Shown one piece after another: positions 54,111 through 63,128 of a DNA stretch of 64,000 bases. The stretch comes from Parcubacteria group bacterium LiPW_15 (GTDB lineage: Bacteria; Patescibacteriota; Minisyncoccia; UBA6257; 2-01-FULL-56-20). The notes under the pieces are model-generated. The model worked only from the letters and a program-made list of their open reading frames with translations. It was not told the origin of the DNA and did not search any database. Every line of letters starts with the position of its first letter. The first letter of the stretch is position 1. Both the position numbers and the translations under genes were made by a program. The DNA lies in assembly GCA_007375645.1 (NCBI GenBank), contig VMER01000002.1, forward strand, positions 29,710 to 93,709, written 5' to 3'.

Positions 54111-55447
54111 TAGTATTCCAATGGCACCTCCTTGGGCGGAATAAGGGTCGGGTCTGCCGGCAGAGTGAAAGAGAAGGTGCTTCCTCTACCCATCTCGGAC
54201 TCCACATTCATACTGCCTCCGTGGGCGCGAATTATATTCTGGGTTATATAAAGGCCCAACCCCGACCCTTCGGTCGCGAATTTTAGGGCGTTCGTGGCGC
54301 GGAAGAATTTGACGAAAAGCTTCTTTATTTCTTCCGGCGGTATGCCGATTCCGGTATCGCGCACCGAAACTTCCACGTACGGCCCCCTCTCGGCCTTCTT
54401 GAGGCCCACTATTACCTCGCCATTTTTAACGTTATAGCGGATAGCATTATCCACCAGATTGGTAAGCGCCATGGAAAGTTTTTGCGGATCGATCATGAGG
54501 TCGGGAATCGCCTCTTCCGGCCGATTAAAATATATTTTAATCCCCAGCTGCCTTGCGTTCGGCGCGGCGGCGTTCAAAATGTTTTCGACAAATTCCAAAA
54601 TATTGGCTTTTTGGAACTGGTAGCCGAAGCGGCCCTCCTCTATCCGCGAGATATTTAGGAGATCTTCCACGATCGTTCGCAGTTGATTCGCCGCGGCATA
54701 CGCATTCTCGGACAGAGACCTGGTCTCTTCGCTGAGTGCGGACTCTTTATTTATGGATTCCAACGCCCAAATAATATGAGTGAGGGGTGTTCGAAGTTGA
54801 TGGGAGGTCACCGTAACGAACTCGCTCTTTTCTTTTGCAAGGGATACTTCCCGGGTTCGGTCGCGAATTATTTTCATAAATCCGGAAAGGTTGCCGGCGT
54901 CATCTATTATCGGCGAAGTGAAGGTCCTGAGTTCCAAATACGGATCGTCGAAAGAAAGGTCTACCACCTGCGGATATTTCCCGGCCGGCGACCGCGTTAT
55001 CATAGACGGCGCGAGCGACGGAAAAATTACCTGCGCGAAACGCCGGAAGGTCGGATTTTCCGCGAGCTTGGGTTCCACGCGCGTGCCCAAAAATTCCGCG
55101 GCTGAAATTTTAAAGAGTTTCTCCGCAGCCGGATTGAAAAAAAGGAGTGTGAAGTTCTGATCGTAAACCACGAGCGAGTCATCCATTGTGGTCACCATAC
55201 CCCGAAGCTGGTTTCTTTCTCTGCTGGTTTGTTGGCTCTTCTCCGCGGAGGAATAAATACTCCTGAAGGTAAGATAGGAGGCCACAAGAATTGCGACGGT
55301 TGTAAAGATGGCGTAATAGATTTCGAGCAAAACAAAATTAATAACCAACACCAAAAGCAGAGCGAAAAGCGCACCCCAAAAGGATTTCATTTCCGGAAGC
55401 TTGGAGACCGAACTGAAGTTCGCGAAAGGACCGCCTCGTTTAGCCAT
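54110..55447 (-). CDS. Sensor histidine kinase (2 TM, PAS, HisKA, HATPase_c). No cognate response regulator in the window.
   Basis: H-box SHQLRTPLT. G-boxes DTGIGIP and GGSMNVESEMGRGSTF. Confidence 0.8.
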   Translation of the reverse strand: MAKRGGPFANFSSVSKLPEMKSFWGALFALLLVLVINFVLLEIYYAIFTTVAILVASYLTFRSIYSSAEKSQQTSRERNQLRGMVTTMDDSLVVYDQNFTLLFFNPAAEKLFKISAAEFLGTRVEPKLAENPTFRRFAQVIFPSLAPSMITRSPAGKYPQVVDLSFDDPYLELRTFTSPIIDDAGNLSGFMKIIRDRTREVSLAKEKSEFVTVTSHQLRTPLTHIIWALESINKESALSEETRSLSENAYAAANQLRTIVEDLLNISRIEEGRFGYQFQKANILEFVENILNAAAPNARQLGIKIYFNRPEEAIPDLMIDPQKLSMALTNLVDNAIRYNVKNGEVIVGLKKAERGPYVEVSVRDTGIGIPPEEIKKLFVKFFRATNALKFATEGSGLGLYITQNIIRAHGGSMNVESEMGRGSTFSFTLPADPTLIPPKEVPLEY

Positions 55448-55474
55448 TGGTTAAATGATAGCTCAAATGGGTGC

Positions 55475-56386
55475 CTAGAAAAAGGAAGCTTGGCGATCCG
55501 CTTCCTTCTCTTTTTGGGGCGTTTCTTTGGGGGTCGCGCTCATTTGTTTTAAAAGCGAACCGAAGCCCTTGGCCGCGAAATAGTTTTTGAGGGCGGTTTC
55601 GTCTTCGAAGACCGTGAGGTCGCCAAGTCCTTTGATGCCAAGTTGTGCGTCGCTTTGCAGAGTGACCAACTTCTCCGCCAAGAGAGCCTGCTCTTTGTGA
55701 GGAATTATTTTTTTGCTCACCTCTTCGTCGTTTTTTGCCGCCAAAAGTTTCGCAAGGCTCCCGTATTTTTGAAGCAATTTCGCCGCGGTCTTCGGCCCAA
55801 TTCCCGGCACCCCTTTAATATTGTCGGAGTTGTCGCCCACCAGAGATTTATAATCTGCGATAGATTTCGGATAGAGCCCGTATCGCTCCCTGACCGCCTC
55901 CGGGTCGTAGATGGTCGTTTCACTTATTCCTTTCTGCGGCACGCGCACGGAAACTTTTTTGTTCACGAGCTGGAGCGAATCCAGATCTCCCGTAAAGATC
56001 GTGGTTTCCGTTTCTTTTTCGCTGCCGAATTTTTTCGCGAGTGTCGCGATAAGATCGTCCGCCTCGTACCCGGGCTTTTCAAAAACCTTTATCCCGAAAA
56101 GTGGGAAGAGATTGTGTATCTCTATTAATTGCGAAATTAACTCGTCCGCCGTCTCCGGGCGGTTCCCTTTGTAGTCCTTATAGAGCTCGTCCCGAAAAGT
56201 CGGCTCCGGCCGATCAAAGAGCGCCGCGGCATAGTCCGGTTTTTCTTCGCGCCAAAGCTTCAAAAGAATTCTCGATACCCCGTATATTGCCTGGCTGGGC
56301 GATCCATCCGGCGCGGTCATCGGCGGAAGCGCGTGAAACGCGCGGTGTATAAGAGAGTTAGCGTCAATCAAAAGAAGTTTCTTCAT
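55475..56386 (-). CDS. 5'-3' exonuclease (FEN/Pol I N-terminal nuclease family)
   Basis: LLLIDANSLIHRAFHA .. KGNRPETADEL .. GYEADDLIATLA. Confidence 0.8.
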   Translation of the reverse strand: MKKLLLIDANSLIHRAFHALPPMTAPDGSPSQAIYGVSRILLKLWREEKPDYAAALFDRPEPTFRDELYKDYKGNRPETADELISQLIEIHNLFPLFGIKVFEKPGYEADDLIATLAKKFGSEKETETTIFTGDLDSLQLVNKKVSVRVPQKGISETTIYDPEAVRERYGLYPKSIADYKSLVGDNSDNIKGVPGIGPKTAAKLLQKYGSLAKLLAAKNDEEVSKKIIPHKEQALLAEKLVTLQSDAQLGIKGLGDLTVFEDETALKNYFAAKGFGSLLKQMSATPKETPQKEKEADRQASFF

Positions 56387-56491
56387 CCCGTTAGAAAATT
56401 TAACAATTTATATTTAGTTACCTTGGTTGTATTTAATTTCGCCCGACCCTGCCTCAGCAAACAAACTACTGTTTTTAATTTTCTAACGGGA
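56386..56491. repeat. Copy 2 of the TIR-bounded element. 15-bp TIRs, 16 bp counting outer A/T. 76-nt core.
   Basis: 56386-56400 TCCCGTTAGAAAATT is the exact reverse complement of 56477-56491. It fills the whole tsaE to exonuclease intergenic gap. The outer T at 56386 pairs with the A of the exonuclease ATG. TTCA lies on both flanks. Confidence 0.7.
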
Positions 56492-56492
56492 T

Positions 56493-56948
56493 TCATATAT
56501 TTTTTGTGATGATAGTTCTGCTTCCGCGATCCTTCCCGTGCTCCAGCGTTATCCAAGAAGCCCTCTCTGGGATGGAGTTTTTGATATTCCCCGCCCACTC
56601 CACAAGCAATATGTTTTTTGGATCATTAATTATTTCGCCAAACCCCAGAGGCGCCAGATCTTTGCCGCCGGAGAGTCGATAAGCGTCCATATGAAAAACA
56701 TTCTCGTAGCCATGCCGATTCTTCGGGATGTTGTGGCGCCTGAAAATTATGAAGGTCGGGCTCACCGCGCGCGCCTTAATTCCCAACCCCTTAAAAAACC
56801 CTTGAACGAACGTGGTTTTGCCCGCACCCAACTCTCCGGAAAGCGCCAGCACCCTGGCCCCTCTTTTTTTCTTTCCGCCCAATATCTTGCGAGCAAACTT
56901 CTCGGCGAGCTCTTTCGTCTCCGCCGCGGATTTTGTAACCGTCTTCAT
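56493..56948 (-). CDS. tsaE: tRNA threonylcarbamoyladenosine biosynthesis protein TsaE
   Basis: LSGELGAGKTTFVQG P-loop. 151 aa. Confidence 0.8.
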   Translation of the reverse strand: MKTVTKSAAETKELAEKFARKILGGKKKRGARVLALSGELGAGKTTFVQGFFKGLGIKARAVSPTFIIFRRHNIPKNRHGYENVFHMDAYRLSGGKDLAPLGFGEIINDPKNILLVEWAGNIKNSIPERASWITLEHGKDRGSRTIITKNI

Positions 56949-56954
56949 TATTTA

Positions 56955-57953
56955 CTATAGCAATCCGCCCGGCTTTTTAATTTTCAGGTGTTCGTAGGCG
57001 GGCGGCAAAACCATTCTTCCCGCGGAAGTCCGCTGTAAAAACCCAAGACTCATTAGATACGGTTCGTAAATATCTTCAATAACTCCTTTTTCTTCGTTGA
57101 GCGCCGCCGCTAGGGTATTTACCCCCACCGGACCGCCTCCAAATTTCTCGACGATTGTAAGCAATAATTTCCTGTCGCTCGGCTCAAGTCCCGCTTCGTC
57201 CACGTCGAGCATTTCAAGCGCCTTCTTCGCGATGCTACCGTCTATCATCCCGGTTCCGTGGATTTCCGCGTAGTCGCGCGCGCGCTTCAAAAGACGGTTG
57301 GCAATTCTGGGTGTTGCGCGCGCGGCCCTGGCCAAAACTTCAACGCCCTCGGGCGCCATTTCTATTCCCAAAATTTTACTCGAGCGCTCCAAAATCTTTT
57401 TGATATTGTCTTCCGTGTAGTAATCCAGGCGGAGTATGGCCCCAAAACGGGAACGCAAAGGATGGGAGAGTAAATTTTCCCGGGTGGTCGCGGCCACAAG
57501 GGTAAACGGCGGGAGATCCAGCGTAAGCGTTCTGGCCGATGGGCCCTTGCCGATAACCAGGTGGAGCTTCCTCATTTCCATCGCCGGATATAAAACTTCT
57601 TCAATTAAACGGTTGATGCGGTGCGCCTCGTCTATGAATAGAACTTCGCCCGGTTCGAGATTGGTCAAGATCGCAGCCATATCCCCCATCTTCTCAAGCG
57701 CCGGACCGGAAGTGGTTCTAACGGGCGCGCCCATTTCTTTCGCGACCAAAAACGCGAGCGTGGTTTTACCGAGTCCCGCCGGCCCAGAGAAAAGAATGTG
57801 GTCCATCGCCTCTCCGCGCTTTTGCGCGGCATCGATAATAACCCGAAGGTTGTCTTTTATCTTTTCCTGGCCGACATATTCGTCCCAGGCCGCCGGACGA
57901 AGAACCTGGTCAACATTAGTATCATCAATATTTTTCTTTATTTCTTCGTTCAT
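56955..57953 (-). CDS. ruvB: Holliday junction DNA helicase RuvB
   Basis: LFSGPAGLGKTTLA, DEAHRI and sensor motifs. Confidence 0.9.
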   Translation of the reverse strand: MNEEIKKNIDDTNVDQVLRPAAWDEYVGQEKIKDNLRVIIDAAQKRGEAMDHILFSGPAGLGKTTLAFLVAKEMGAPVRTTSGPALEKMGDMAAILTNLEPGEVLFIDEAHRINRLIEEVLYPAMEMRKLHLVIGKGPSARTLTLDLPPFTLVAATTRENLLSHPLRSRFGAILRLDYYTEDNIKKILERSSKILGIEMAPEGVEVLARAARATPRIANRLLKRARDYAEIHGTGMIDGSIAKKALEMLDVDEAGLEPSDRKLLLTIVEKFGGGPVGVNTLAAALNEEKGVIEDIYEPYLMSLGFLQRTSAGRMVLPPAYEHLKIKKPGGLL

Positions 57954-58239
57954 TTTGCTATTTTGGCCTTATTTTGCGGGCTTCTCCGGGGGGATTGACA
58001 AATGGGTATTTATATGCTAAACTTACGCAACAAATTGAATAGTCGCCTTACATCTGGGGGCAGGAATTGTTTTTAGATATTTAAGGATGGGTTGGCCTCG
58101 GCGAGCCCTCTCCTCGAAATAATTCTATCCTCTTTCCACTCTGTGCGAAAGAGAAACCCAATCCTTAACCGGACGCCCCCAGGTATAAGGCGATTATGCT
58201 ATCGCCCGCAATTTGAAAAGGTTAGAAGGAGAACTTGCG

Positions 58240-58410
58240 ATGGAACCCTACGGCTTTTTCGAAAGAATCGGCACCGGCGCTTTTGCCGCAGCATTCGTCG
58301 GCCTAGCGACACGCGACTGGCGTTTCGGGGTTGCAACGTTTTTCGCCGCATTCCTCGTGGATATGTGGATTGAGAACGTCGTCGAAGCGATCAGGTCGAC
58401 CAAGAAGTAG
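58240..58410 (+). CDS. Small hydrophobic protein (GC-rich cassette H)
   Basis: SD aaggag lies 8 nt before ATG 58240. MEPYGFFERIGTGAFAAAFVGLA.. Confidence 0.35.
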   Translation: MEPYGFFERIGTGAFAAAFVGLATRDWRFGVATFFAAFLVDMWIENVVEAIRSTKK

Positions 58411-58644
58411 GACACATTCGGAAAGGAGCGATTCGTGCTGTTATTTTTTTACTCCTAGCCGCCACGGCCGTCTGCGTCTTCGCGGGACGAAGCGGGACTG
58501 ACCGCCGCGATTCGGCCGCCGCATGCGCTGCGGCCGCCGTCTGCGGCGGACTGGCAATCTTCAACCTCGCCCTCGCAGTCGCCGGAGACATCCTGAGCGC
58601 AATCAACAAGTAGCTCTTCTCGCCCGCTCGCACTCGCCTCCTCC

Positions 58645-58671
58645 GCCGACCCTCGTGGTCGGCTTTTTTTT
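58645..58671 (+). terminator. Intrinsic terminator. GCCGACC-ctcgt-GGTCGGC plus T8.
   Basis: Perfect 7-bp stem. Confidence 0.6.
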
Positions 58672-58731
58672 GACAAATTTTTCTTCCGGCATATCCTTTG
58701 GTCAGCCCGCCAAACCGAAAGGAGCCTAGAA

Positions 58732-58929
58732 ATGGGAAGTGAACACGCAACCGCACCTCCTACGATAGTGACCATGGACAGCAAGCGCCGTTCCCAAGGG
58801 TTCATGGACGGACTCCTCGGCGACCCCCCGGAGGAAACGTCCGACGAATATTGTCGCGACTACGACAAGGGTGTCGCGGCATCCAAAGCCGTCATCGCCA
58901 AGCTCGACGCGAAAACCCCGAAGGGATAG
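58732..58929 (+). CDS. Hypothetical small protein (GC-rich cassette J)
   Basis: 65 aa. SD gaaaggag lies 7 nt before the ATG. Followed by a near-copy of the upstream terminator. Confidence 0.35.
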   Translation: MGSEHATAPPTIVTMDSKRRSQGFMDGLLGDPPEETSDEYCRDYDKGVAASKAVIAKLDAKTPKG

Positions 58930-58951
58930 CCGCGCCGCAACCGCTCCTTCC

Positions 58952-58980
58952 GCCGGCCTACGTGGTCGGCTTTTTCTTTC
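58952..58980 (+). terminator. Intrinsic terminator, paralogous to 58645-58671. GCCGGCC-tacgt-GGTCGGC plus T5.
   Basis: About 85% identical over about 40 nt to the terminator region at 58626-58671. Confidence 0.5.
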
Positions 58981-59086
58981 GTATTTATTTTTAAAACACC
59001 CCGCATTATTGAGGGAGGGTAAGACTTGAATAGCCCTGCCTGCCGGCAGGCAGGGGTCCGGAGCGCACTCCTTCAATAATGCGAAG

Positions 59087-60763
59087 CTATTTCCACTCTA
59101 TCGGTCCAGTGACGGATTCCACCTCTTCAAACGTAGTCATGCCCGTTAAAACTTTCAAAATTCCGTCTTCCTGCATGGTGACCATCTCTTGCTTCTTCGC
59201 GAGCTCGCGAAGCGCGCGCTCGGAAACTTCTTTCAAAATTATTTCTTCAAGCTCGGGTCCGCCTTTGAAAAATTCAAAAATACCGCGCCTCCCCTTATAG
59301 CCGAAGTGATTACAGACGTCGCAGCCTGCGGGTTCAAAAATCGTTATATTTGTATATTTGGTTTTATCTACGCGCGCGGGAAGTCCGGTCATAAATTTAT
59401 CCAGCCTTTCTTTGAGCTCTGGAGTCATCTCCACTGGTTTTTTGCAGTCGTCGCATAGCTTTCTAACAAGCCTCTGCGCGATGATAAGCGTTAAGGCCGG
59501 TCCGATCGAAGCGGGCTTTACGCCCAAGTCTACAAGGCGAGGCACCGCGCCTACGGCGCTATTGGTGTGAAGCGTTGATAGAACCAAGTGGCCGGTAAGC
59601 GACGCCTGGAGCGCGATATCCGCCGTTTCCAAGTCGCGGATTTCACCGACAAGTATCGCGTCCGGGTCTTGGCGCACAATGGCGCGCAAACCTCCGGCAA
59701 AGGTGTAACCGGCACCCGGGTCTACCTGGGTCTGCTCGATTCCTTGGATCCTGTATTCTATCGGATCTTCTACGGTAATTATTTTAACTTCCGGGTTAAC
59801 AAGTTTTCGCAAAAAAGCATAAAGGGTGGTGGTCTTACCGGAGCCGGTCGGGCCGGTGTTCAAGATCAATCCGTTCGGACGCGAAAGCTCTTTCTCCACC
59901 ATCCCCAGATCATCGTCGCGAAGTCCCAGCTGCGGCAAGGTCACATTGATGCCGGCTGGGTCCAAAATACGCATAACGATCGTCTCCCCAAATTCGGAGG
60001 GAATTATGGACACGCGCATTTCGATCTCTTTCACTTCCAGCTTGATCGTGAATCTTCCGTCTTGCGGTTCGCTATGAATATTGAGCTTCATGTTGCAGAG
60101 AAGCTTAATTCTCGAAACCAACGACTCATAATTTTTCTTCGGCACGCCGGTTGAAATGTCGTGCAACAATCCGTCGATGCGGTAACGGATACGCGCGGAT
60201 TTTTCTTCCGCCTCAAAGTGAATATCCGAGGCTCTGGTCGCGAGTGCTCCGGCCAAAATTATTTCAAGAAGCGCAGCCACGCTTTCGTGCCCATAGTCTA
60301 AGGCGGTCATCGCCGCCTCTACCGCTTGAAAGTTTGTAAATTTTTTCAGTTGCTCGGCAAAATTTCCCTGATCGATTGCCACCTTGCCGGTAATAACCTC
60401 TTTTTCTCCGGAAATAAACTTGTAATAGCTCCAAGCCTGGGTGAGTCCGCTCTTTGAAACCACAAACGGCTTCACGGTGTATTTTTTTTCGGTAAGTTCG
60501 GCGATAAGTTTTTTGGCATCTTCGGTCGTGGGGTCAAAAAAGACTACCGCTACTTCGTGGTCCTTTAGTTGTATGCCTATGGCTTCCGCCGTCCGCGCCT
60601 CCGCTTCGGGAATAAGCGCGACAGCTTCGATGGAAACCGGCGTTTTTCCGAGATCCGCGTAAGGAACTTTAACTTTTTCGGCGCGCCTTTCCGCATCGCG
60701 CTCTTCTGCCGCGCGCCTTATCTCTTCCAATTTTTTCGCAACAGCATTCTTCGGATCGTCCAT
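59087..60763 (-). CDS. pilB: Type IV pilus / type II secretion ATPase (GspE/PilB family)
   Basis: GPTGSGKTTTLYAFL Walker A. Asp box. His box. A tetracysteine-like CDDCKK..C..C. Confidence 0.85.
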   Translation of the reverse strand: MDDPKNAVAKKLEEIRRAAEERDAERRAEKVKVPYADLGKTPVSIEAVALIPEAEARTAEAIGIQLKDHEVAVVFFDPTTEDAKKLIAELTEKKYTVKPFVVSKSGLTQAWSYYKFISGEKEVITGKVAIDQGNFAEQLKKFTNFQAVEAAMTALDYGHESVAALLEIILAGALATRASDIHFEAEEKSARIRYRIDGLLHDISTGVPKKNYESLVSRIKLLCNMKLNIHSEPQDGRFTIKLEVKEIEMRVSIIPSEFGETIVMRILDPAGINVTLPQLGLRDDDLGMVEKELSRPNGLILNTGPTGSGKTTTLYAFLRKLVNPEVKIITVEDPIEYRIQGIEQTQVDPGAGYTFAGGLRAIVRQDPDAILVGEIRDLETADIALQASLTGHLVLSTLHTNSAVGAVPRLVDLGVKPASIGPALTLIIAQRLVRKLCDDCKKPVEMTPELKERLDKFMTGLPARVDKTKYTNITIFEPAGCDVCNHFGYKGRRGIFEFFKGGPELEEIILKEVSERALRELAKKQEMVTMQEDGILKVLTGMTTFEEVESVTGPIEWK

Positions 60764-60849
60764 TCCTTAAATATTAAGGCTTCTGGGTTAGAGAGACAAG
60801 ATTTGGTTTAAAACCTATTTTCCGAAGCCCGAAGCGGCCGAATATCTGT

Positions 60850-60878
60850 TTGACAAACTTAATATTATTTGATATAAT
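60850..60878 (+). promoter_or_regulatory. Consensus sigma70 promoter. TTGACA, 17-nt spacer, TATAAT.
   Basis: ttgaca at 60850-60855 and tataat at 60873-60878, upstream of the lipoprotein gene. Confidence 0.55.
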
Positions 60879-60921
60879 GCGCCCAGATTCGAAGCTTGAA
60901 AAGAAAGAAGGGAGGCGCGTT

Positions 60922-61653
60922 ATGCGCTCCAAAAACATCGCCCTCGTAACCCTCGTCGCTCTTCTCTCTTCGATCCTCGCGGGATGCATCTCTTTCCCGG
61001 CGATCGAGAAGTTCGTCCCTCCCGACGGGGTAGCTCCGACCTTCTCGGTCAACAACAAAACCTCGATGGTCGGAACTATGGCGGCGTACGACAAGAAGGT
61101 CGCGGAGTTCTATCCCAATGGGACCCTCTACGACAAGAACTGTGCGCGCCCGGTCCCGACGCAGATACCCATCGTGGTCCTTTTTCACGACAGCAACAAT
61201 AACTATCTGGGAGTCTTCGCCCGCGTCCTGAACCTGGGCCCGGGGGCGCAATCGACCTCCTGGACGATCGGAGAAGAAGACGTTGTCTACTTCGGAGAGA
61301 GACTCCGAAGGCCCGATCACTCCGCTCCCCCTTATGAGCCGAGCTCTGAGGAAATCAGCCTCCCGTGGACAACAAACATGGAGGCCTGGGCGCAGGTTCC
61401 CAACGATACCCCAAACGAGTTGCTTGTGAAGAGGAACGGGAAAATCCACGTTCGGATCGCAAGCGGCGCTCTTTGGGCGCAAAGGATGGAAACCGTTTAC
61501 CCCGGGGCCCGAACTCAACCGATCCACATCGAGATATTCGGGTACACCTCGGAGGGCGAACAGCTTGGAATCGCGGAATTCTGGCTCGCCCCGCAAAACG
61601 ACGGAGTCTCCGCGATGCAGTTCGTGGTCTCCCCCAACACGCTTCGCTACTAG
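60922..61653 (+). CDS. Predicted lipoprotein (lipobox LAGC), hypothetical. GC-rich cassette.
   Basis: SD gaagggagg lies 6 nt before ATG 60922. MRSKNIALVTLVALLSSILAGCIS. Confidence 0.55.
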   Translation: MRSKNIALVTLVALLSSILAGCISFPAIEKFVPPDGVAPTFSVNNKTSMVGTMAAYDKKVAEFYPNGTLYDKNCARPVPTQIPIVVLFHDSNNNYLGVFARVLNLGPGAQSTSWTIGEEDVVYFGERLRRPDHSAPPYEPSSEEISLPWTTNMEAWAQVPNDTPNELLVKRNGKIHVRIASGALWAQRMETVYPGARTQPIHIEIFGYTSEGEQLGIAEFWLAPQNDGVSAMQFVVSPNTLRY

Positions 61654-61675
61654 TTGCTCTTTGCCTTCTCGCCCG

Positions 61676-61708
61676 CCCGGACAGTCCATGGATTGTCCGG
61701 GTTTTTTG
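61676..61708 (+). terminator. Intrinsic terminator. CCCGGACAGTCC-atg-GATTGTCCGGG plus T6.
   Basis: Roughly 11-bp stem with one mismatch, then ttttttg. Confidence 0.65.
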
Positions 61709-61747
61709 TTCCTAGATTCTAAGTCCCAAATTCTATATTCTATGGAT

Positions 61748-62275
61748 ATGTCCGGACACTCTCATTGGTCAGGAATTAAACATCAAAAGGAAATTACCGA
61801 TAAGAAGCGCGGCGTGGTTTTTTCAAAGCTTTTGACCGCCATCTCCGTCGCGGCAAAAACAGAAGCCGATCCCAATTTTAATCCGCGCCTTAGAACCGCG
61901 ATAGAAAAAGCCAAGGAGATGAGCGTCCCCCAGGAAAATATCGAGCGGGCCATAAAGCGCGCATCCGAAAACAGCGCGGCGCTCGAAGAACTTGTTTTTG
62001 AGGCCTATGGTCCGGGGGGCACCGCGCTTATAATTTCTGCGGCAAGCGATAATTCCAATCGGACCGTGCAGGAGATAAAGAAAATGTTGAATGATTTCGG
62101 CGGGAAATGGGCTGAGCCGGGCTCGGTCACCTGGGGATTCGAGAAGGGCGCGGATGGTTGGACGCCAAAGTTCCCTGTGGATATTGCTCCGGCTGATTCG
62201 GAAAAACTCTCTCGCCTCAAAAACGCGCTTCTCGAACACGACGACGTCCAAGAAGTTTATACAAACGCAAAATGA
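61748..62275 (+). CDS. yebC: YebC/PmpR-family DNA-binding regulator
   Basis: MSGHSHWSGIKHQKEITDKKRG. The longer upstream ORF is discounted. TGA overlaps the ruvC ATG (ATGA at 62272-62275). Confidence 0.85.
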   Translation: MSGHSHWSGIKHQKEITDKKRGVVFSKLLTAISVAAKTEADPNFNPRLRTAIEKAKEMSVPQENIERAIKRASENSAALEELVFEAYGPGGTALIISAASDNSNRTVQEIKKMLNDFGGKWAEPGSVTWGFEKGADGWTPKFPVDIAPADSEKLSRLKNALLEHDDVQEVYTNAK

Positions 62276-62748
62276 TATTTTTAGGCATCGATCCCGGCAC
62301 AAGAAGAATGGGTTATGGACTGGTCGCCAAAAACGGCCGGGAGACAACACTTGTCGACGCGGGAATAATAAAAATAGATTCTAAAGACGACTTGGGAGCT
62401 CTTTTGGAAATTAAAAAGGGCGTTTCCGAACTTGTCGCCGCACACAAGCCGGCACTTGTGGCGATCGAAAAACTTTTTTTCGCCAAGAACCAGAAAACCG
62501 CTCTCCAGGTAGCCGAGGCGCGGGGCGTGGCGCTTGCCTCTTGCCTCGACTCCGGCGCAAAAATACTGGAACTTTCGCCCAACGAGGTAAAAATGGGGCT
62601 TACCGGCTTCGGCTCGGCGGACAAAAAAGCGGTCCTTAAAATGGTGCGCCTGATTCTTAAAGAGCCCGCGCTTGAAGTCATAGACGACGCCTCCGACGCC
62701 CTTGCTTTGGCAATCCTCGCCGCAGACAGATATTCTTCAAAGCTCTGA
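62272..62748 (+). CDS. ruvC: Crossover junction endodeoxyribonuclease RuvC
   Basis: MIFLGIDPGTRRMGYGLV .. catalytic acidic residues. Confidence 0.85.
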   Translation: MIFLGIDPGTRRMGYGLVAKNGRETTLVDAGIIKIDSKDDLGALLEIKKGVSELVAAHKPALVAIEKLFFAKNQKTALQVAEARGVALASCLDSGAKILELSPNEVKMGLTGFGSADKKAVLKMVRLILKEPALEVIDDASDALALAILAADRYSSKL

Positions 62749-62848
62749 TTTCTCTTTTGGACTCCGCCAAAACTCTTGACAGGTATTCCTCAGCCCTTAT
62801 ACTGACCTTTGTAAAAAAATAAAAGGTCATTAGTATCCCTAGAAACAA

Positions 62849-63058
62849 ATGAAGCACGGCTCCGAAACTCAGGACTTCTTAGACCCGGACATCGACGGCG
62901 TGGATGTGGACGCGGAGGCGGGCCTTATAGCCGACGGCCCGGAAGAAGAAGCTGAACTTCCAATCCCGCTGGATCCTTATCTCGAAACATCTTCGGGATC
63001 GGCCGCTCCCGGAATAAGAATTGACCGGGAAGCAGCAGAGGAACAGGAAGAACAATAG
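62849..63058 (+). CDS. Small highly acidic protein (69 aa, Asp/Glu-rich), hypothetical
   Basis: MKHGSETQDFLDPDIDGVDVDAEAGLIADGPEEEAELPIPLDPYLE.. A strong terminator follows. Confidence 0.4.
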   Translation: MKHGSETQDFLDPDIDGVDVDAEAGLIADGPEEEAELPIPLDPYLETSSGSAAPGIRIDREAAEEQEEQ

Positions 63059-63069
63059 AAAAGACCATA

Positions 63070-63104
63070 CCGCCCGCGCAACTGCGCGGGCGGGTTATTT
63101 ATTG
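63070..63104 (+). terminator. Intrinsic terminator. CCGCCCGCGCA..TGCGCGGGCGG plus T-rich tract.
   Basis: 11-nt perfect inverted repeat. Confidence 0.6.
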
Positions 63105-63128
63105 CTATAATTTACGTATTATCGTCTT

